Both the position numbers and the translations under genes were made by a program. Positions 1-10,993 of a stretch of 64,000 nt of DNA are shown piece by piece. The notes below the pieces were generated by a model, which saw only the letters and a program-made list of their open reading frames with translations, was not told the origin of the DNA and made no database searches. The stretch is from a virus, in IMG/VR virus record IMGVR_UViG_3300045988_180522, one strand, 5' to 3'. How positions within the stretch are numbered: the stretch's first letter is position 1; each line of letters begins with the position of its first letter.

Positions 1-4
1 ATTT

Positions 5-3000
5 ATGGAAGAGAATCAGATAGATGTGGTACAGTTCGACTCTGCTGTAAAAGTAGGGATACAGGGGGCTATAGATATCCCCCAGGGCCTGGAGGAGGAT
101 AATGTTTATGATCTGCTGATGAAGGCCACAGGAATAAGTGAGGGGGAAGAAAATACGGATGTGATACATACTATAGATTATAATGACTATGGGGAACAGC
201 AGGAAAATCCGGAACACTTCCTTGATGCACAGGGACTGGTGGGAGTACAGATCAGAAGACTGATATCTGCTGATATGTCACCGGAAGCAAATATTAAAGT
301 AGGTGACAGAACAATACCATTTACTGAATGGATGAATGAATATAATGCCCTGAATGTAGAAAATGTGCTTCAATCATATATGGCTACAAGTGAGATATTC
401 AGCGATAAGGCCATACTGAGCAGGATTCTTACAGAAGAGGCCAGAGGAGGGGCAAACTATAGCAATGAGCTTGTAAAATCCCTGAAACTGAATAGTAACG
501 GGGAATTCAGGATTCCTCTGTATGATGAATCTATGTCTAATAAGGTACAGCCTTTGCTGAACAGTATTATCAAGAACAGGATTACAAGACAAAAAATAAA
601 GGGGGGAGCCTGTGTACAGGTAAGTAATTACGGGCTTACAGATTCCCTGAATATAGTATTCGAAGGGGAAGGAAAAGACAGACATATCAAATATATTGAA
701 TGTTATATGCCATGGTATTCCAGAACACTGGTAGACGGAATGATGAAGGAAGGCTCACATGTACTGGATATCAGTAAAATACCTGATAGTATGAGAAAGA
801 TTATAGGATACAGGATCCCTACAGAGGATAAGTATTCTATGCTTCCGCTTTATATAAAAGGATTCCTTCCCCAACAGAGTGGAGGGGCTATTATGCTTCC
901 GTCCGATATTACTACAATCACAGGTAGTGACTTTGACGTAGATAAGATGTACCTTATGATTCCTGCATTCAGTGTCAGGGAAAAGCTTGACAGAAAAGCT
1001 GTTAAAAGGGACCTCAAAGAAAGATACAAGAGTATGAAGGACTATAATAACCAGATGGATATAGTCCTGGATGAGATAGTAAATGGAAAGATAGCCTTTA
1101 GTGAGGACTCCTTTGAGATGCAGGTGTATGATCATATCATGGATAACTATGATATATATCATACAAAATATGTTGATGCCGTAAAATACAATGATAACCT
1201 GTCGCCGAAGGAAAATGGTACTGATGCCAGGAATAACAGGATCATAGAACTGATGTGGGGTATACTTACGAATCCTGAGACAGCATTTAAGATGTTAAAT
1301 CCGCAAGGATTTGATAAGATCAAGGAGGCTGCAAGGGTAGCTGTCCTGCTTAAGACAGGAATAAGCCGTGAAGCTCTGAGAAAAGAACTGGGGAATGATC
1401 TTGTCTCAGGACTGAAAAACCTGAGTGTCAGAGAGCTGGATAACATGGTAGAGAAATATAAGATTCCGTATGATCCTTTAAGCCCTCTGACACAGATAGA
1501 GTTCCATAAGAATAATATGACAGGTCTCGGAATGGTTGGGATATATGCAAATCATAATACCCATCATGCCATATCACAATTCACAGATGTGTCTCTGAAT
1601 CCTGTGAATGGGGCCTTTCCTCTGTTAGGACATACTCTCACATCATTACACAGTCAGAAAGCTTTGGATGGTACCTATATAAGCAGGAATGTGTCAGGAT
1701 TTCTGGCTGCTTCTGTGGATAATGCTAAGGACCCTGTCCTGGAGGATTTAAATCAGAATACTTTTACATCTGATGCTTCCATGCTGTTATCAAGGCTCGG
1801 ATACTCAGCATTTCAGGTATCACTGATAATGAATCAGCCTATAGTCAGGGAAATGGCTGATGAATATATCAGGGCCTCCAGGACCGGGGAGGGACGCATG
1901 GATGTAGTAAACAGGATCAGCAATGACTGGATAAAGAGTGCTGACATAAAGAATCCTTCGAAGCTGAATATCAGTGATATTACAGAGGAAGAACTAATAT
2001 ACAATATTATGCAGTCGGTTCTTCCTGCTGATAAAAGATCTGCTTCATATGTAAGGAAACAGGCAGAATTTTCTAAGCTGTTCTCAAAGATAATGAATAC
2101 TGCTGAGGCCCTTGGAATGCTTGTAAGGGCTTCAAGATCAGACACACAGTCAGGAAGTGCCGGACCTTATATTGCTGATACCGAGATAAAGCTGAGAAAT
2201 ATTACATTACTCAGGGAGAAGATAGACTCAGGAAAATTTCCTCTTGATAACGCTGACTTTCTTAAAGATATACCAGTACTGGATGAAGATTCTTTAAGAA
2301 GAGATATACTGAACAGTAAAGTACCTATATTGCAGGCATTTTATACTCTCGGGATATTCAGTACAGGTAATATACTGTCAAGATATATGCCTCACCATCA
2401 GGATAATTTCAGGCAGGTTGTAAACAGTGTCGAATCCATGACTAAGACAGGGAGACTGAATAAGAAGACCCTGAAAACATTATATTCGGATCTGTTTACC
2501 TATATAATGAGTAAGACAGAGTTCTTTAATGAAAAATACAGAAAGGACTTTATCATGAACTTTCCTAACAGATTCAGTAATATAGTCAGTTCTGATCCTG
2601 AGATAGGTAATCTGGGATTTATAAAAGCTCTGAAGACAGATAAACCCTTTGAGAATTCAGATCTGTCAGTTCTTGGTATCTCCGGTGTAGGCAGGCTTAA
2701 TACTACTATGAAAGAGAATTTTTCACGGGACTGGGCCAACCTTCTTTATATGAATAATCCTTCTGCCAACAGACTTGCCCTTGATCTGTTCAGGTATGGT
2801 TATTTCAGGGGAGGATTCGGGTTCAGTCCTTCATCTTATATGCATCTGGCTCCTGTGGTACTTATAGAGAATATCCCCGGGTATATAGAGGCAGAGAGAG
2901 GGATTCTGGGATCTGAAGATGATTATTCTGCGTTTGTTACCCAGTTTGTCCGCAACCATCTGTCCAATAAGCTGCTGGTTCCTCAGACACTGGAGGGAAA

Positions 3001-3484
3001 TATAAAATTCACCGATAATAAGGGGGAATTCCTTAATACTGTACCCCTCAATACCAGGGATAAGATTACAGGAGATGATATGGGTATGGTGAAGGAGATA
3101 ATCAGGGATAAAAATAAGGTCAGGTATATATTCATGGACTTCATATCCAAGGAAAATAGTTCAGGTGATATAGCCTACTACAAACTGTCTGGTGATGGTA
3201 CATCCTATGACCGTATACAGCCACTGGGAGCAGATGGTATGTTCCCTGAGTACTCCTATGGAATAAATGGGGAAGTAATGTCTTCAACTGTTTCTGAAAT
3301 AGCCGACCTCCTGGACCTGAACAATTCGGAATATCAGGAAGATATGGATGACAGGAACTATAATCCATTATCCCAGCCGGAGGAAACCTATGAGAAAGTG
3401 TTACAGACAGAGAATAACAGATCTGAAATCATGAGATATGAACCAGTTGAGGTAATTACTTCAGATAATAAAAAGTTGTGTTAA
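5..3484 (+). CDS. Giant virion RNA-polymerase-like protein, C-terminal 1159 aa (5' end lies outside window)
   Basis: The open frame runs from the window edge. GSDFDVDKM at nt 923-949 (DFDVD at 929-943) resembles the NADFDGDQM metal-binding Asp-triad motif of multisubunit RNAP beta', as carried by the giant RNAP-like proteins of crAss-like phages. I recognised no other motif by eye. Confidence 0.5.
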   Translation: MEENQIDVVQFDSAVKVGIQGAIDIPQGLEEDNVYDLLMKATGISEGEENTDVIHTIDYNDYGEQQENPEHFLDAQGLVGVQIRRLISADMSPEANIKVGDRTIPFTEWMNEYNALNVENVLQSYMATSEIFSDKAILSRILTEEARGGANYSNELVKSLKLNSNGEFRIPLYDESMSNKVQPLLNSIIKNRITRQKIKGGACVQVSNYGLTDSLNIVFEGEGKDRHIKYIECYMPWYSRTLVDGMMKEGSHVLDISKIPDSMRKIIGYRIPTEDKYSMLPLYIKGFLPQQSGGAIMLPSDITTITGSDFDVDKMYLMIPAFSVREKLDRKAVKRDLKERYKSMKDYNNQMDIVLDEIVNGKIAFSEDSFEMQVYDHIMDNYDIYHTKYVDAVKYNDNLSPKENGTDARNNRIIELMWGILTNPETAFKMLNPQGFDKIKEAARVAVLLKTGISREALRKELGNDLVSGLKNLSVRELDNMVEKYKIPYDPLSPLTQIEFHKNNMTGLGMVGIYANHNTHHAISQFTDVSLNPVNGAFPLLGHTLTSLHSQKALDGTYISRNVSGFLAASVDNAKDPVLEDLNQNTFTSDASMLLSRLGYSAFQVSLIMNQPIVREMADEYIRASRTGEGRMDVVNRISNDWIKSADIKNPSKLNISDITEEELIYNIMQSVLPADKRSASYVRKQAEFSKLFSKIMNTAEALGMLVRASRSDTQSGSAGPYIADTEIKLRNITLLREKIDSGKFPLDNADFLKDIPVLDEDSLRRDILNSKVPILQAFYTLGIFSTGNILSRYMPHHQDNFRQVVNSVESMTKTGRLNKKTLKTLYSDLFTYIMSKTEFFNEKYRKDFIMNFPNRFSNIVSSDPEIGNLGFIKALKTDKPFENSDLSVLGISGVGRLNTTMKENFSRDWANLLYMNNPSANRLALDLFRYGYFRGGFGFSPSSYMHLAPVVLIENIPGYIEAERGILGSEDDYSAFVTQFVRNHLSNKLLVPQTLEGNIKFTDNKGEFLNTVPLNTRDKITGDDMGMVKEIIRDKNKVRYIFMDFISKENSSGDIAYYKLSGDGTSYDRIQPLGADGMFPEYSYGINGEVMSSTVSEIADLLDLNNSEYQEDMDDRNYNPLSQPEETYEKVLQTENNRSEIMRYEPVEVITSDNKKLC

Positions 3485-3485
3485 T

Positions 3486-6400
3486 ATGGCTTTAAGTTGT
3501 GCAATAATCCCGACTATCAAGGATAGTACAGGGAAAGAAAGAGAAAGTACATTATTTAAGGATCTGTTGAAGTATACAGGCTATAACAGGCCTGTTACGA
3601 AGGATATATACAGCCGGGTAAAAAATCCGGCTTTCACAGAAGATACAAAATCTGTACTCAGTTTTGATGATCTGGGGGAACCTACCATATCCTCACTGTA
3701 TGAGAAAGCAGGATTGGATAAGCTTCTGGATAAAGGAGCCGTAATGAAGGAAATGAAAAGGGGCCTGGAGGCTGTGGATTCAGAAGGAAGGGAGAGAGAA
3801 TTTGAAAGAAGGGAATATGATTCACTGATAAGAAGGGTAAATAAATTTAACAGGGAAAATCCTTTCAGAAGGGATTATGTGGCCGATGTTATGCCTGTAG
3901 AAGGAGGAACTCTGAAAATTACTGTAGAACCCAGAACAGAGCAGAATAAAGACAGGGAAGCAATTCTTGGGTATGATGAAGCCCTTAATAACAGACTGAG
4001 GGATATTATGGCGGAAGCAGGGGTTACATATGGGACCCTTACAGAACTTGAAGAGAGAAGAGGATTAACAGGTATTACTGATTTCAGTGTTGCAAGAGAT
4101 GCTGCCACAGGAATAGCAGAATTGATAAGAATTGCCAGAGGAGAAAAGGGACAGGCCGCATTACCTGAGGAATTTGCACACTTTGCACTGGCTGCATTAG
4201 GAAACAATCCACTGGCTGTGAGACTTATAAACCTGTCTTCTGATCCTGATATACAGAAAAGTGTATTCGGAGACCAGTTTGATAATTACAGGACAGTCTA
4301 TAAAAATGACAGTAGTATGATGGCTAAGGAGGCAGCCGGGAAATTACTGGCAAAACATCTCCTTAAGGGAGAAAAAACTGAAGGCCCGTATAAATCTCTT
4401 ATAGACCGTGTTATAAGTGCTGTAAAGAATTTATTCAGTAAGATCACTTCTTCAAAGATAGAACAGGCCATCATTGAAGCTGACAGGGAAGCAGGAGCTT
4501 TGGCAGGGAAAATCCTTACAGGAGAAATGAATAAGGAGATGAAACTGGAGAATATATCAGAAAGCAGTCAGTTCTACTCTCTGTCCGAAAAGGTGGATAA
4601 GGAGATTCCTGTAATCCAGAGAATTATAAACAGTGAGATTAAAAGACTTGCTATATATAAGAGGAGAAATCCCAATGACAAGCTTACGAGGGACCAGCTG
4701 TTACTTATAGATAACCTTGAAAGGTCAAGGGATGCCCATATGGAAAAGAAAGGTATTTTCCTGTTTATGAAGAATGCTTTAAACTACATGAAAGAAGCTG
4801 ATAAGGCCCTTAATGACCTGAACAGGGACAGTACTCTTACTACGAAGGATAAAGCATCAGGACTGAGAGATCTGAGGGAAACTATCAGTTCCTATAACAC
4901 GCTGATACAATATATACAGGATGATATCTCTCAGGAAGAGATAGGAGGAGAAGAGGCGGAGTATACCAGTGAGATGAAAGCTTATATAAATGAGCTGTCA
5001 GGGATTTCCGGTAAGGTATTCTCTAAATACAGAAAAATGGCTATAGCCTTGTTTACTGAAACTATGAGACCCGTTATAGGTGATAAGATAGTAGTCCCTA
5101 TAGGAAAGTTCAGGGATAGGGAGTACACTCTTGAAGAGCTGATAGCTTCTTCTGACTCAGATATATCAGTATTCAGCAGATGGCTTGACAGTATGGCAGA
5201 TAGCTCTGACATTATACATCAGGGAATAGACCGTATAGTAAAGAGACAGAGGGACAAAGCCAGAAAGAAGACTATTGAGTACCAGAAGGAGCTTGTCAGG
5301 GAGGGACTTATACTGGAACAATCCGGAACTAAGGGATTTGATTTCATGTTCAAGAAGGATAAGAATGGTAATCTCACAGGAAAGTATATTACAGAGGCAG
5401 ATCAGGATAAGTATTCAGAGGCTAAAAAGAAAATGTATTCCAGCCTTCATGAGAAGTATAAGGAGACCCGGTTCGGAATAAATAAAAAAGCTTACTGGGA
5501 TGAAGTGAATGCCTGGTATGACCAGAATACTGACATAGTAGGGGATACAAGAGTTCCTAAATTATCCATATATGGTGATCCGGACTTTAAGAAAATGACT
5601 GCTCCGCAGAGAAGATTTTATGATAAGGTAATGGAGATAAAAGCAGATCTTGACAGCATGCTTCCTGAAGGAGTGACCAGTATAGATAATGCTGTTCAGA
5701 TACGTAAGGATCTTGTGGAAAGGATACAAAATGCTTCAGGGGTAAAAGGAGGGGTCCGGGAGGTGGTAAAAAGTATCAAGGATTCTTTTGTCTCCCGTGT
5801 TGATGACACTGGCTTCTCCAGGACCCTTATTGATTCAGGAGGAAACGAGATACAGGAATTACCTATATATTATGTCAGTAAACTTGAAGATCCTTCACAG
5901 ATATCTACAGATGTGGTATCCACACTGTCTGCATATGCTTCTATGGCTCTGGATTATAATTATATGGGAGAGATACTGGACGAGATAGAAATAGGAAGGG
6001 ATGTACTGTATGAAAGGGAAATACAGCAGACAAAAGGAGGTAATCCTGTAATGGAATCATTCAGATCTGCCGGAAGGGAAGTGGTAAATAAACTGACAAA
6101 AAGGGGCCGGGGGGTGACTAATTTCACAGGAAGGCTGGACGACTATTTCCAGATGCAGGTATATGGAAAATATATGAATGATGAGGGGGACGTACTGGGA
6201 GTAAGCCTTGCTAAGCTGGCCAACAATATAAACAGGTATACATCTGCAAATAATCTCGGACTTAACCTGCTTGCAGGTATATCCAATGTTACCACAGGAT
6301 CTGTGATGATGAATATAGAATCCTTTACAGGTGAGTTCTTTGGAGCTAAGGATACAGCTACGGCAGACAGAAAATATATGAAGCTCCTGCCTGAACACCT

Positions 6401-7481
6401 GGCTGGTATAGGTAACAGGGTAAAGACAGACAAGCTGTCCCTGTGGGATGAGTACTTTGATGTAATGCAGGACTTTGATGAGAAGGTATATGACACAGGA
6501 TTCAACAGGAGAAACTGGTTTACAAAGCTGTTGGGATCGAATGCTGTATTTTTTATAAACACAGCAGGAGAACACTGGATGCAGAACAGAACATCGATGG
6601 CTCTGGCTAATAAGATAAAGGTAAAGGATGAAAGAGGTAATACTATACCATTATTCGATGCTTATGAAGTAGTCACTGAGAAGAAGGATGGAAAAACCGT
6701 AAAGGCATTCCTGAGGCTGAAGAAAGGGATTACAAAGGAAGACGGGACAAAATGGACTGAGGAAGATGAATTCAATTTCAAACAGAAGGCAGCTGCTATA
6801 AACCAGGGAATGCATGGTATTTATAATAAGGCTGACAGGTCTGCCATACAGAAACTGGCAGTAGGAAGACTGGCTATGCTGTACAGGAAATGGATCAGAC
6901 CTAACTATATGAAAAGATTTAAGGCGGCACGGTATAATATGGACCTGGGCCAGTGGACACAGGGGTATTACAATACTGCATTCGGGTTTATATATACTCT
7001 GATGAAGGATCTCAGAAGAATGCAGTTTCATCTGGCAGCACATTACCAGGAGCTTACAAAAGAGGAGAAATATAATCTGAGAAGGGCTGCTATAGAGGTA
7101 GGGCACTTTATAGGACTGGTAGCCTTCCTGGGTCTTATGGACTGGGAAGATGATAAGGAAAGACCCTGGCATATGCAGATGCTTGAATACCAGTCAAGGA
7201 GGTTATATACAGAACTGGGTGCCCAGATTCCCGGATTACAGATGATTGAAGAAGCTGGTAAAATTCTGAAACAGCCTGCCGCAGGTATAAATACTATTCA
7301 GAATATTATCAACACATTCAAGATAGTGATGCCGGGATCACTGGAAGAGATACAAACAGGAAGATATAAGGGATATACGAGAGCTGAGAAGTATTTACTT
7401 GAACTTATTCCTATGAGAAGGACTGTTATGAATGCTCTGAATCCTGATGAGACACTGGCTTTCTTTAAGTCTTCGTGGTAG
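3486..7481 (+). CDS. Large virion-associated protein (1331 aa), function unknown (possible RNAP-associated or cargo protein)
   Basis: A 4-kb ORF starts 1 nt after the preceding stop and shares codon usage with its neighbours. No catalytic motif was recognised. Confidence 0.55.
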   Translation: MALSCAIIPTIKDSTGKERESTLFKDLLKYTGYNRPVTKDIYSRVKNPAFTEDTKSVLSFDDLGEPTISSLYEKAGLDKLLDKGAVMKEMKRGLEAVDSEGREREFERREYDSLIRRVNKFNRENPFRRDYVADVMPVEGGTLKITVEPRTEQNKDREAILGYDEALNNRLRDIMAEAGVTYGTLTELEERRGLTGITDFSVARDAATGIAELIRIARGEKGQAALPEEFAHFALAALGNNPLAVRLINLSSDPDIQKSVFGDQFDNYRTVYKNDSSMMAKEAAGKLLAKHLLKGEKTEGPYKSLIDRVISAVKNLFSKITSSKIEQAIIEADREAGALAGKILTGEMNKEMKLENISESSQFYSLSEKVDKEIPVIQRIINSEIKRLAIYKRRNPNDKLTRDQLLLIDNLERSRDAHMEKKGIFLFMKNALNYMKEADKALNDLNRDSTLTTKDKASGLRDLRETISSYNTLIQYIQDDISQEEIGGEEAEYTSEMKAYINELSGISGKVFSKYRKMAIALFTETMRPVIGDKIVVPIGKFRDREYTLEELIASSDSDISVFSRWLDSMADSSDIIHQGIDRIVKRQRDKARKKTIEYQKELVREGLILEQSGTKGFDFMFKKDKNGNLTGKYITEADQDKYSEAKKKMYSSLHEKYKETRFGINKKAYWDEVNAWYDQNTDIVGDTRVPKLSIYGDPDFKKMTAPQRRFYDKVMEIKADLDSMLPEGVTSIDNAVQIRKDLVERIQNASGVKGGVREVVKSIKDSFVSRVDDTGFSRTLIDSGGNEIQELPIYYVSKLEDPSQISTDVVSTLSAYASMALDYNYMGEILDEIEIGRDVLYEREIQQTKGGNPVMESFRSAGREVVNKLTKRGRGVTNFTGRLDDYFQMQVYGKYMNDEGDVLGVSLAKLANNINRYTSANNLGLNLLAGISNVTTGSVMMNIESFTGEFFGAKDTATADRKYMKLLPEHLAGIGNRVKTDKLSLWDEYFDVMQDFDEKVYDTGFNRRNWFTKLLGSNAVFFINTAGEHWMQNRTSMALANKIKVKDERGNTIPLFDAYEVVTEKKDGKTVKAFLRLKKGITKEDGTKWTEEDEFNFKQKAAAINQGMHGIYNKADRSAIQKLAVGRLAMLYRKWIRPNYMKRFKAARYNMDLGQWTQGYYNTAFGFIYTLMKDLRRMQFHLAAHYQELTKEEKYNLRRAAIEVGHFIGLVAFLGLMDWEDDKERPWHMQMLEYQSRRLYTELGAQIPGLQMIEEAGKILKQPAAGINTIQNIINTFKIVMPGSLEEIQTGRYKGYTRAEKYLLELIPMRRTVMNALNPDETLAFFKSSW

Positions 7482-7490
7482 AAATTTTTT

Positions 7491-7516
7491 GGCAGGAGAG
7501 AGAATCTCCTGCCTTA
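7491..7516. terminator. Bidirectional intrinsic terminator between convergent blocks
   Basis: GGCAGGAGA-GAGAA-TCTCCTGCC forms a 9-bp perfect stem. It is flanked by T6 upstream and T-rich sequence downstream, and sits exactly between the + strand gene ending at 7481 and the - strand gene ending at 7514. Confidence 0.6.
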
Positions 7517-8179
7517 TTCCTTACTAAGAATTTTAATTTTACAGTCATTCAGTTCTTTACTGAATATGGAAAAGGCCATAGAAATCTCTTTCGGATTCAT
7601 AGACGACACATCCATATCTGCCAGTCTTTTCATTAGCTGTACAGATATGTTTCTTACAGATACTATACATTGATCGTATACAGCATTCATACCTATATTT
7701 GAGGCCTCCTGGACCCTTTTGGCGTATTCCTGAGTCCTGTTTATTTCCAGTGATGATAACATATAGACCATAGTAATATTGGCCAGTACGTAGGACATAT
7801 GAGGTTTTACCTTGTCCAACTCTCTCTTCACCGAATAGAACAGTACCTTCAAATGTTTTCCGAATTCCTCATCAAAGTGTTCCAGCATATACGGAGTGTG
7901 CCTGTAGGCATATCCCCCCATCAGACTTCTTACTTTCGACCAATACAGACTGACATTGGAAATCATATTACATATATCCATCTTATTTTTCTGACGAAAA
8001 ATGCCGAGGCTTATACATCCTGATTTGATATCAGCTACATAGTTCCCTATTACATCTGCCAGGAACATATTACCATATACATAATTTGTCCGGATATCCT
8101 CACTAATAGCATCTGTGGCTTCTTTTATTATCTGAGTAGGTTTCATTTTTAATATCTTCATCAATTTTCCTAATAGCAC
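7514..8179 (-). CDS. Hypothetical protein (221 aa)
   Basis: Last ORF of the - strand block. No motif recognised. Confidence 0.5.
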   Translation of the reverse strand: MLLGKLMKILKMKPTQIIKEATDAISEDIRTNYVYGNMFLADVIGNYVADIKSGCISLGIFRQKNKMDICNMISNVSLYWSKVRSLMGGYAYRHTPYMLEHFDEEFGKHLKVLFYSVKRELDKVKPHMSYVLANITMVYMLSSLEINRTQEYAKRVQEASNIGMNAVYDQCIVSVRNISVQLMKRLADMDVSSMNPKEISMAFSIFSKELNDCKIKILSKE

Positions 8180-8328
8180 CTCTTAAGGAAAAAGAGTGGG
8201 CGAAACCACAGCCATTCTTGTCTACAGCTTCCCATACCACTCTTTTTTCCGGAGGATAATACCCAATGCAGTTTATATGGATACCTTTATAAGTATAATG
8301 ACCCTTACTGATTTTAATAAGATTCTTA

Positions 8329-9057
8329 TTATTTCTCATGTTCCTCCTTTACTTCAAGTAATAAGTAATCCCTATATAGATCAATAAAATGAGTTCCTAT
8401 GTAAAAAGCATCATCTCTTTTGCCACAACATAATTTAGGATCATAGGAGACACTGTATAAAGTATGACATATATCACCACATACAAGTTTACCTTTCTTC
8501 CACGTAAAAGATGGGTAAAATGCACATTGAGTACCAAGAGGGGTAAGCTTCCAATTATTGTTCAATATATTAGAGGCTTTATAGATCTGTATCAGTTTTA
8601 AACGTGCCAATCCAGATCTGTCATCACATTCTATATCAGGAACTGATCCTGTAATTTTACATGCATCCTCATAGGTCTTCACCAGTTCCTGGAAACTCAA
8701 TGTAAGTCTTTCTATTCCGAAGGTATCTTCAAGCTTTTTCTTAAATTCTCCGGATACACTTGAATAAATCATCCTAGCCTCTGATTCTGTTATTAGTAAT
8801 GTTTTCATCTCGTCGTTTCTTTCTAATCCTTTTAGGAATACGTAACCTATTTTAGAAGGGGAATAAACTCTCATGGGATCTATATGGGTTCCTAAATGTT
8901 GAACTCTGGATAATACCATCCATTGATCACTAGGGATACTCCCTTCATTTAACTCTTTAATGGCTTCATATATTTTAAGACAGTTTCTGGCGTCCTCTGA
9001 ATAGTCTGTCTCTAATTGCTTTAATAATCGGTCCTTTAGTTCACTCATAGTCTTCAA
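8329..9057 (-). CDS. Hypothetical protein (242 aa)
   Basis: ORF in the - strand block. No motif recognised. Confidence 0.55.
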   Translation of the reverse strand: MKTMSELKDRLLKQLETDYSEDARNCLKIYEAIKELNEGSIPSDQWMVLSRVQHLGTHIDPMRVYSPSKIGYVFLKGLERNDEMKTLLITESEARMIYSSVSGEFKKKLEDTFGIERLTLSFQELVKTYEDACKITGSVPDIECDDRSGLARLKLIQIYKASNILNNNWKLTPLGTQCAFYPSFTWKKGKLVCGDICHTLYSVSYDPKLCCGKRDDAFYIGTHFIDLYRDYLLLEVKEEHEK

Positions 9058-9185
9058 TTTTATTCATGCCATACTACCCTAATAGTATCAATATAATCAT
9101 CTTTATCTGCACTCTCCATAGCTTCTTCCCTTGTATTGTAGATACACCGGGCTGACACTATTCCAGCATTCCTATATATATTAAC

Positions 9186-9869
9186 CTATCCTTCATGTTC
9201 TTCCAGAGGCATCACAAGGTCTATATTACGAATATTACCTCTCAAGTATTCACCTTTATCGGAAAAGTAATATGCAGCCTCATATATTGAGTTATCTGCA
9301 TTTTCAACCAGGGCTATTATAGGATAATCACACAATGTTTTAGCATTAAAACAAATAATCCTTGCTTTGCGCCCATCTCTTGTGCATACGGGCTTACCTG
9401 CCTTGGCTGCTTCAAGGTCAAAGGGTTTCAAATTAGACTTAGATGGTTCTCTATCAAAGAAACAATCATAATGTTGTATTTTCTTTTCTTCCATATCTTC
9501 TTTGTTTTGTTTTATTTCTACCCAAAATCCATTATCATCACAAATACCTTCTATATAACTATTTTTACAACATGCTTTATTTGGAACATTAAAAACACAT
9601 TCTTTACAAGAATTATTATCAGAAGTAAGTTTTTGAAATATTCTACCTTTTACAGTAATAAGCTCTCCTATCTTTTCAAGTTTTTTGAAGATAACAGATT
9701 TATGGTCTGTTCTTAAAGAACAATGGCAATTTCCAAAATTGGTACTTCCAATAGTGGTAATGTTCTTGCAAACAGTATCATAGTAAAAGCTACAATTTCT
9801 GCAAGTACCTCCTACGCACTGATACCACTCGCCATTAACTTGCTTTATTTCTCCTATTTTCCATTCCAT
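9186..9869 (-). CDS. Cys-rich hypothetical protein (227 aa)
   Basis: Contains several C-x2-C and CC pairs (CRNCSFYYDTVC, CKECVFNVPNKACC), suggesting zinc binding. Function unknown. Confidence 0.5.
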   Translation of the reverse strand: MEWKIGEIKQVNGEWYQCVGGTCRNCSFYYDTVCKNITTIGSTNFGNCHCSLRTDHKSVIFKKLEKIGELITVKGRIFQKLTSDNNSCKECVFNVPNKACCKNSYIEGICDDNGFWVEIKQNKEDMEEKKIQHYDCFFDREPSKSNLKPFDLEAAKAGKPVCTRDGRKARIICFNAKTLCDYPIIALVENADNSIYEAAYYFSDKGEYLRGNIRNIDLVMPLEEHEG

Positions 9870-9872
9870 AAC

Positions 9873-10019
9873 TTAAGCAATATAGATTTTTACCGTATTT
9901 TCGCCCTCTTCTACCGTATGAATATCATAAGTAATTGTTTGAGGGTCTTCACATTCTATTACTTTCGACTTATCTTCTACCTTGAGAAGTTCATCAATTA
10001 ATTCCTGTACTGTTATCAT
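9873..10019 (-). CDS. Small hypothetical protein (48 aa) below the ORF-track size cutoff
   Basis: Translates as MITVQELIDELLKVEDKSKVIECEDPQTITYDIHTVEEGENTVKIYIA. It fills an otherwise empty 270-nt gap in a densely packed block. Confidence 0.3.
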   Translation of the reverse strand: MITVQELIDELLKVEDKSKVIECEDPQTITYDIHTVEEGENTVKIYIA

Positions 10020-10139
10020 GTTTAACTTTAAGTTTACCACATTTCTTACATATCAATAACACCCTATCACAAGTAGTATATTTTGTAATATGAGATATTT
10101 GCCACTCATGACAACAAAATAATTTCTTTAGCCACATCT

Positions 10140-10382
10140 TCATAGCTCTTTAAATTCTTTTTCTAATGCTTCAATTTTAGAATCAATGTATGCAAGAGTT
10201 CTATTCTTTAACTCTTTGAAGTCGATTAGAGAAGTTGTAATTACATATTTATGATTTCCATCCCAAATTTCTGTTCCAGAACAAAAACTCGTAGCACCTT
10301 CCCAAATATCCTTCTCATTTCTTAACTCCTCTAACTCCTCTTGAATTGTCTTAGCTCTACTGAATGTATATATATCCATCAC
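10140..10382 (-). CDS. Hypothetical protein (80 aa)
   Basis: ORF with a 4-nt ATGA overlap with the upstream gene. Confidence 0.5.
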   Translation of the reverse strand: MMDIYTFSRAKTIQEELEELRNEKDIWEGATSFCSGTEIWDGNHKYVITTSLIDFKELKNRTLAYIDSKIEALEKEFKEL

Positions 10383-10852
10383 AATAAAATTTTAGCTGTT
10401 TCACATAAATCTCTAAAGCAATTGAGAAATTCTTTTGCCATTTCTAAGATTGGGAAAGAAAGAGTACAACTACCCCAAAAATTACCACTTGCTAATCTGA
10501 CTTTATTTGTATCAAGGTCATATTTAATTACATAAGTAATAGAATGACTATTAGGTTGTTCCCAATCACCTACCCATGCTTTCCTCAACTGTCTTAATTG
10601 CATAAGAGCTAAGAATGCTTCTGCTTCTTGTTTAGAAGTACACCAATTCTTTTGGATTCTTGTGTCACAATTTCCAAATGTTGTGTGGTATTTTCCGGTG
10701 CTATTAATATAACACTCATTAACCCTTACAGGATAATTTTCACAAAATTCCTTCCAAGTTCTTGGCTTATCATTCTTCTTCCCTTTTACTATGTATGTGT
10801 CCCCATCTTTGATGAGTTCACAATTGTCTGGTATTTGAATCTTTACTTCCAT
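10379..10852 (-). CDS. Paralog family A member 1 (157 aa), unknown function
   Basis: Aligns along its full length with the 13851-14321 product. Shared motifs are IxIPDxxELIKxG, TWEEFC, EAEAxLALxQLxxLRKAW and CFRDL. Confidence 0.6.
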   Translation of the reverse strand: MEVKIQIPDNCELIKDGDTYIVKGKKNDKPRTWKEFCENYPVRVNECYINSTGKYHTTFGNCDTRIQKNWCTSKQEAEAFLALMQLRQLRKAWVGDWEQPNSHSITYVIKYDLDTNKVRLASGNFWGSCTLSFPILEMAKEFLNCFRDLCETAKILL

Positions 10853-10993
10853 AATTAATGATTACTATTAGTTTTTGAATAATTCTTTGATATACACCAA
10901 AAATCTTCATCATAAATTTCTACTCTATTATAATATGGTTTAAATTTGTTATTTTCTTTTGTTTCCATATTCTTTAGTGTTATTTTTCATTTA

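Noticed and set aside
6057-7172. Minus-strand ORFs (172, 139 and 173 aa) inside the 1331-aa + strand gene
   Set aside because: They are fully contained in a long, well-supported + strand ORF and are Cys/Ser/Leu-rich antisense translations with no motifs.
9471-10001. Plus-strand ORFs (81 and 92 aa) inside the minus-strand block
   Set aside because: They translate to low-complexity Phe/Ile/Tyr-rich peptides that are the mirror image of A/T-rich codons on the coding (-) strand. They overlap real - strand genes and have no start context.
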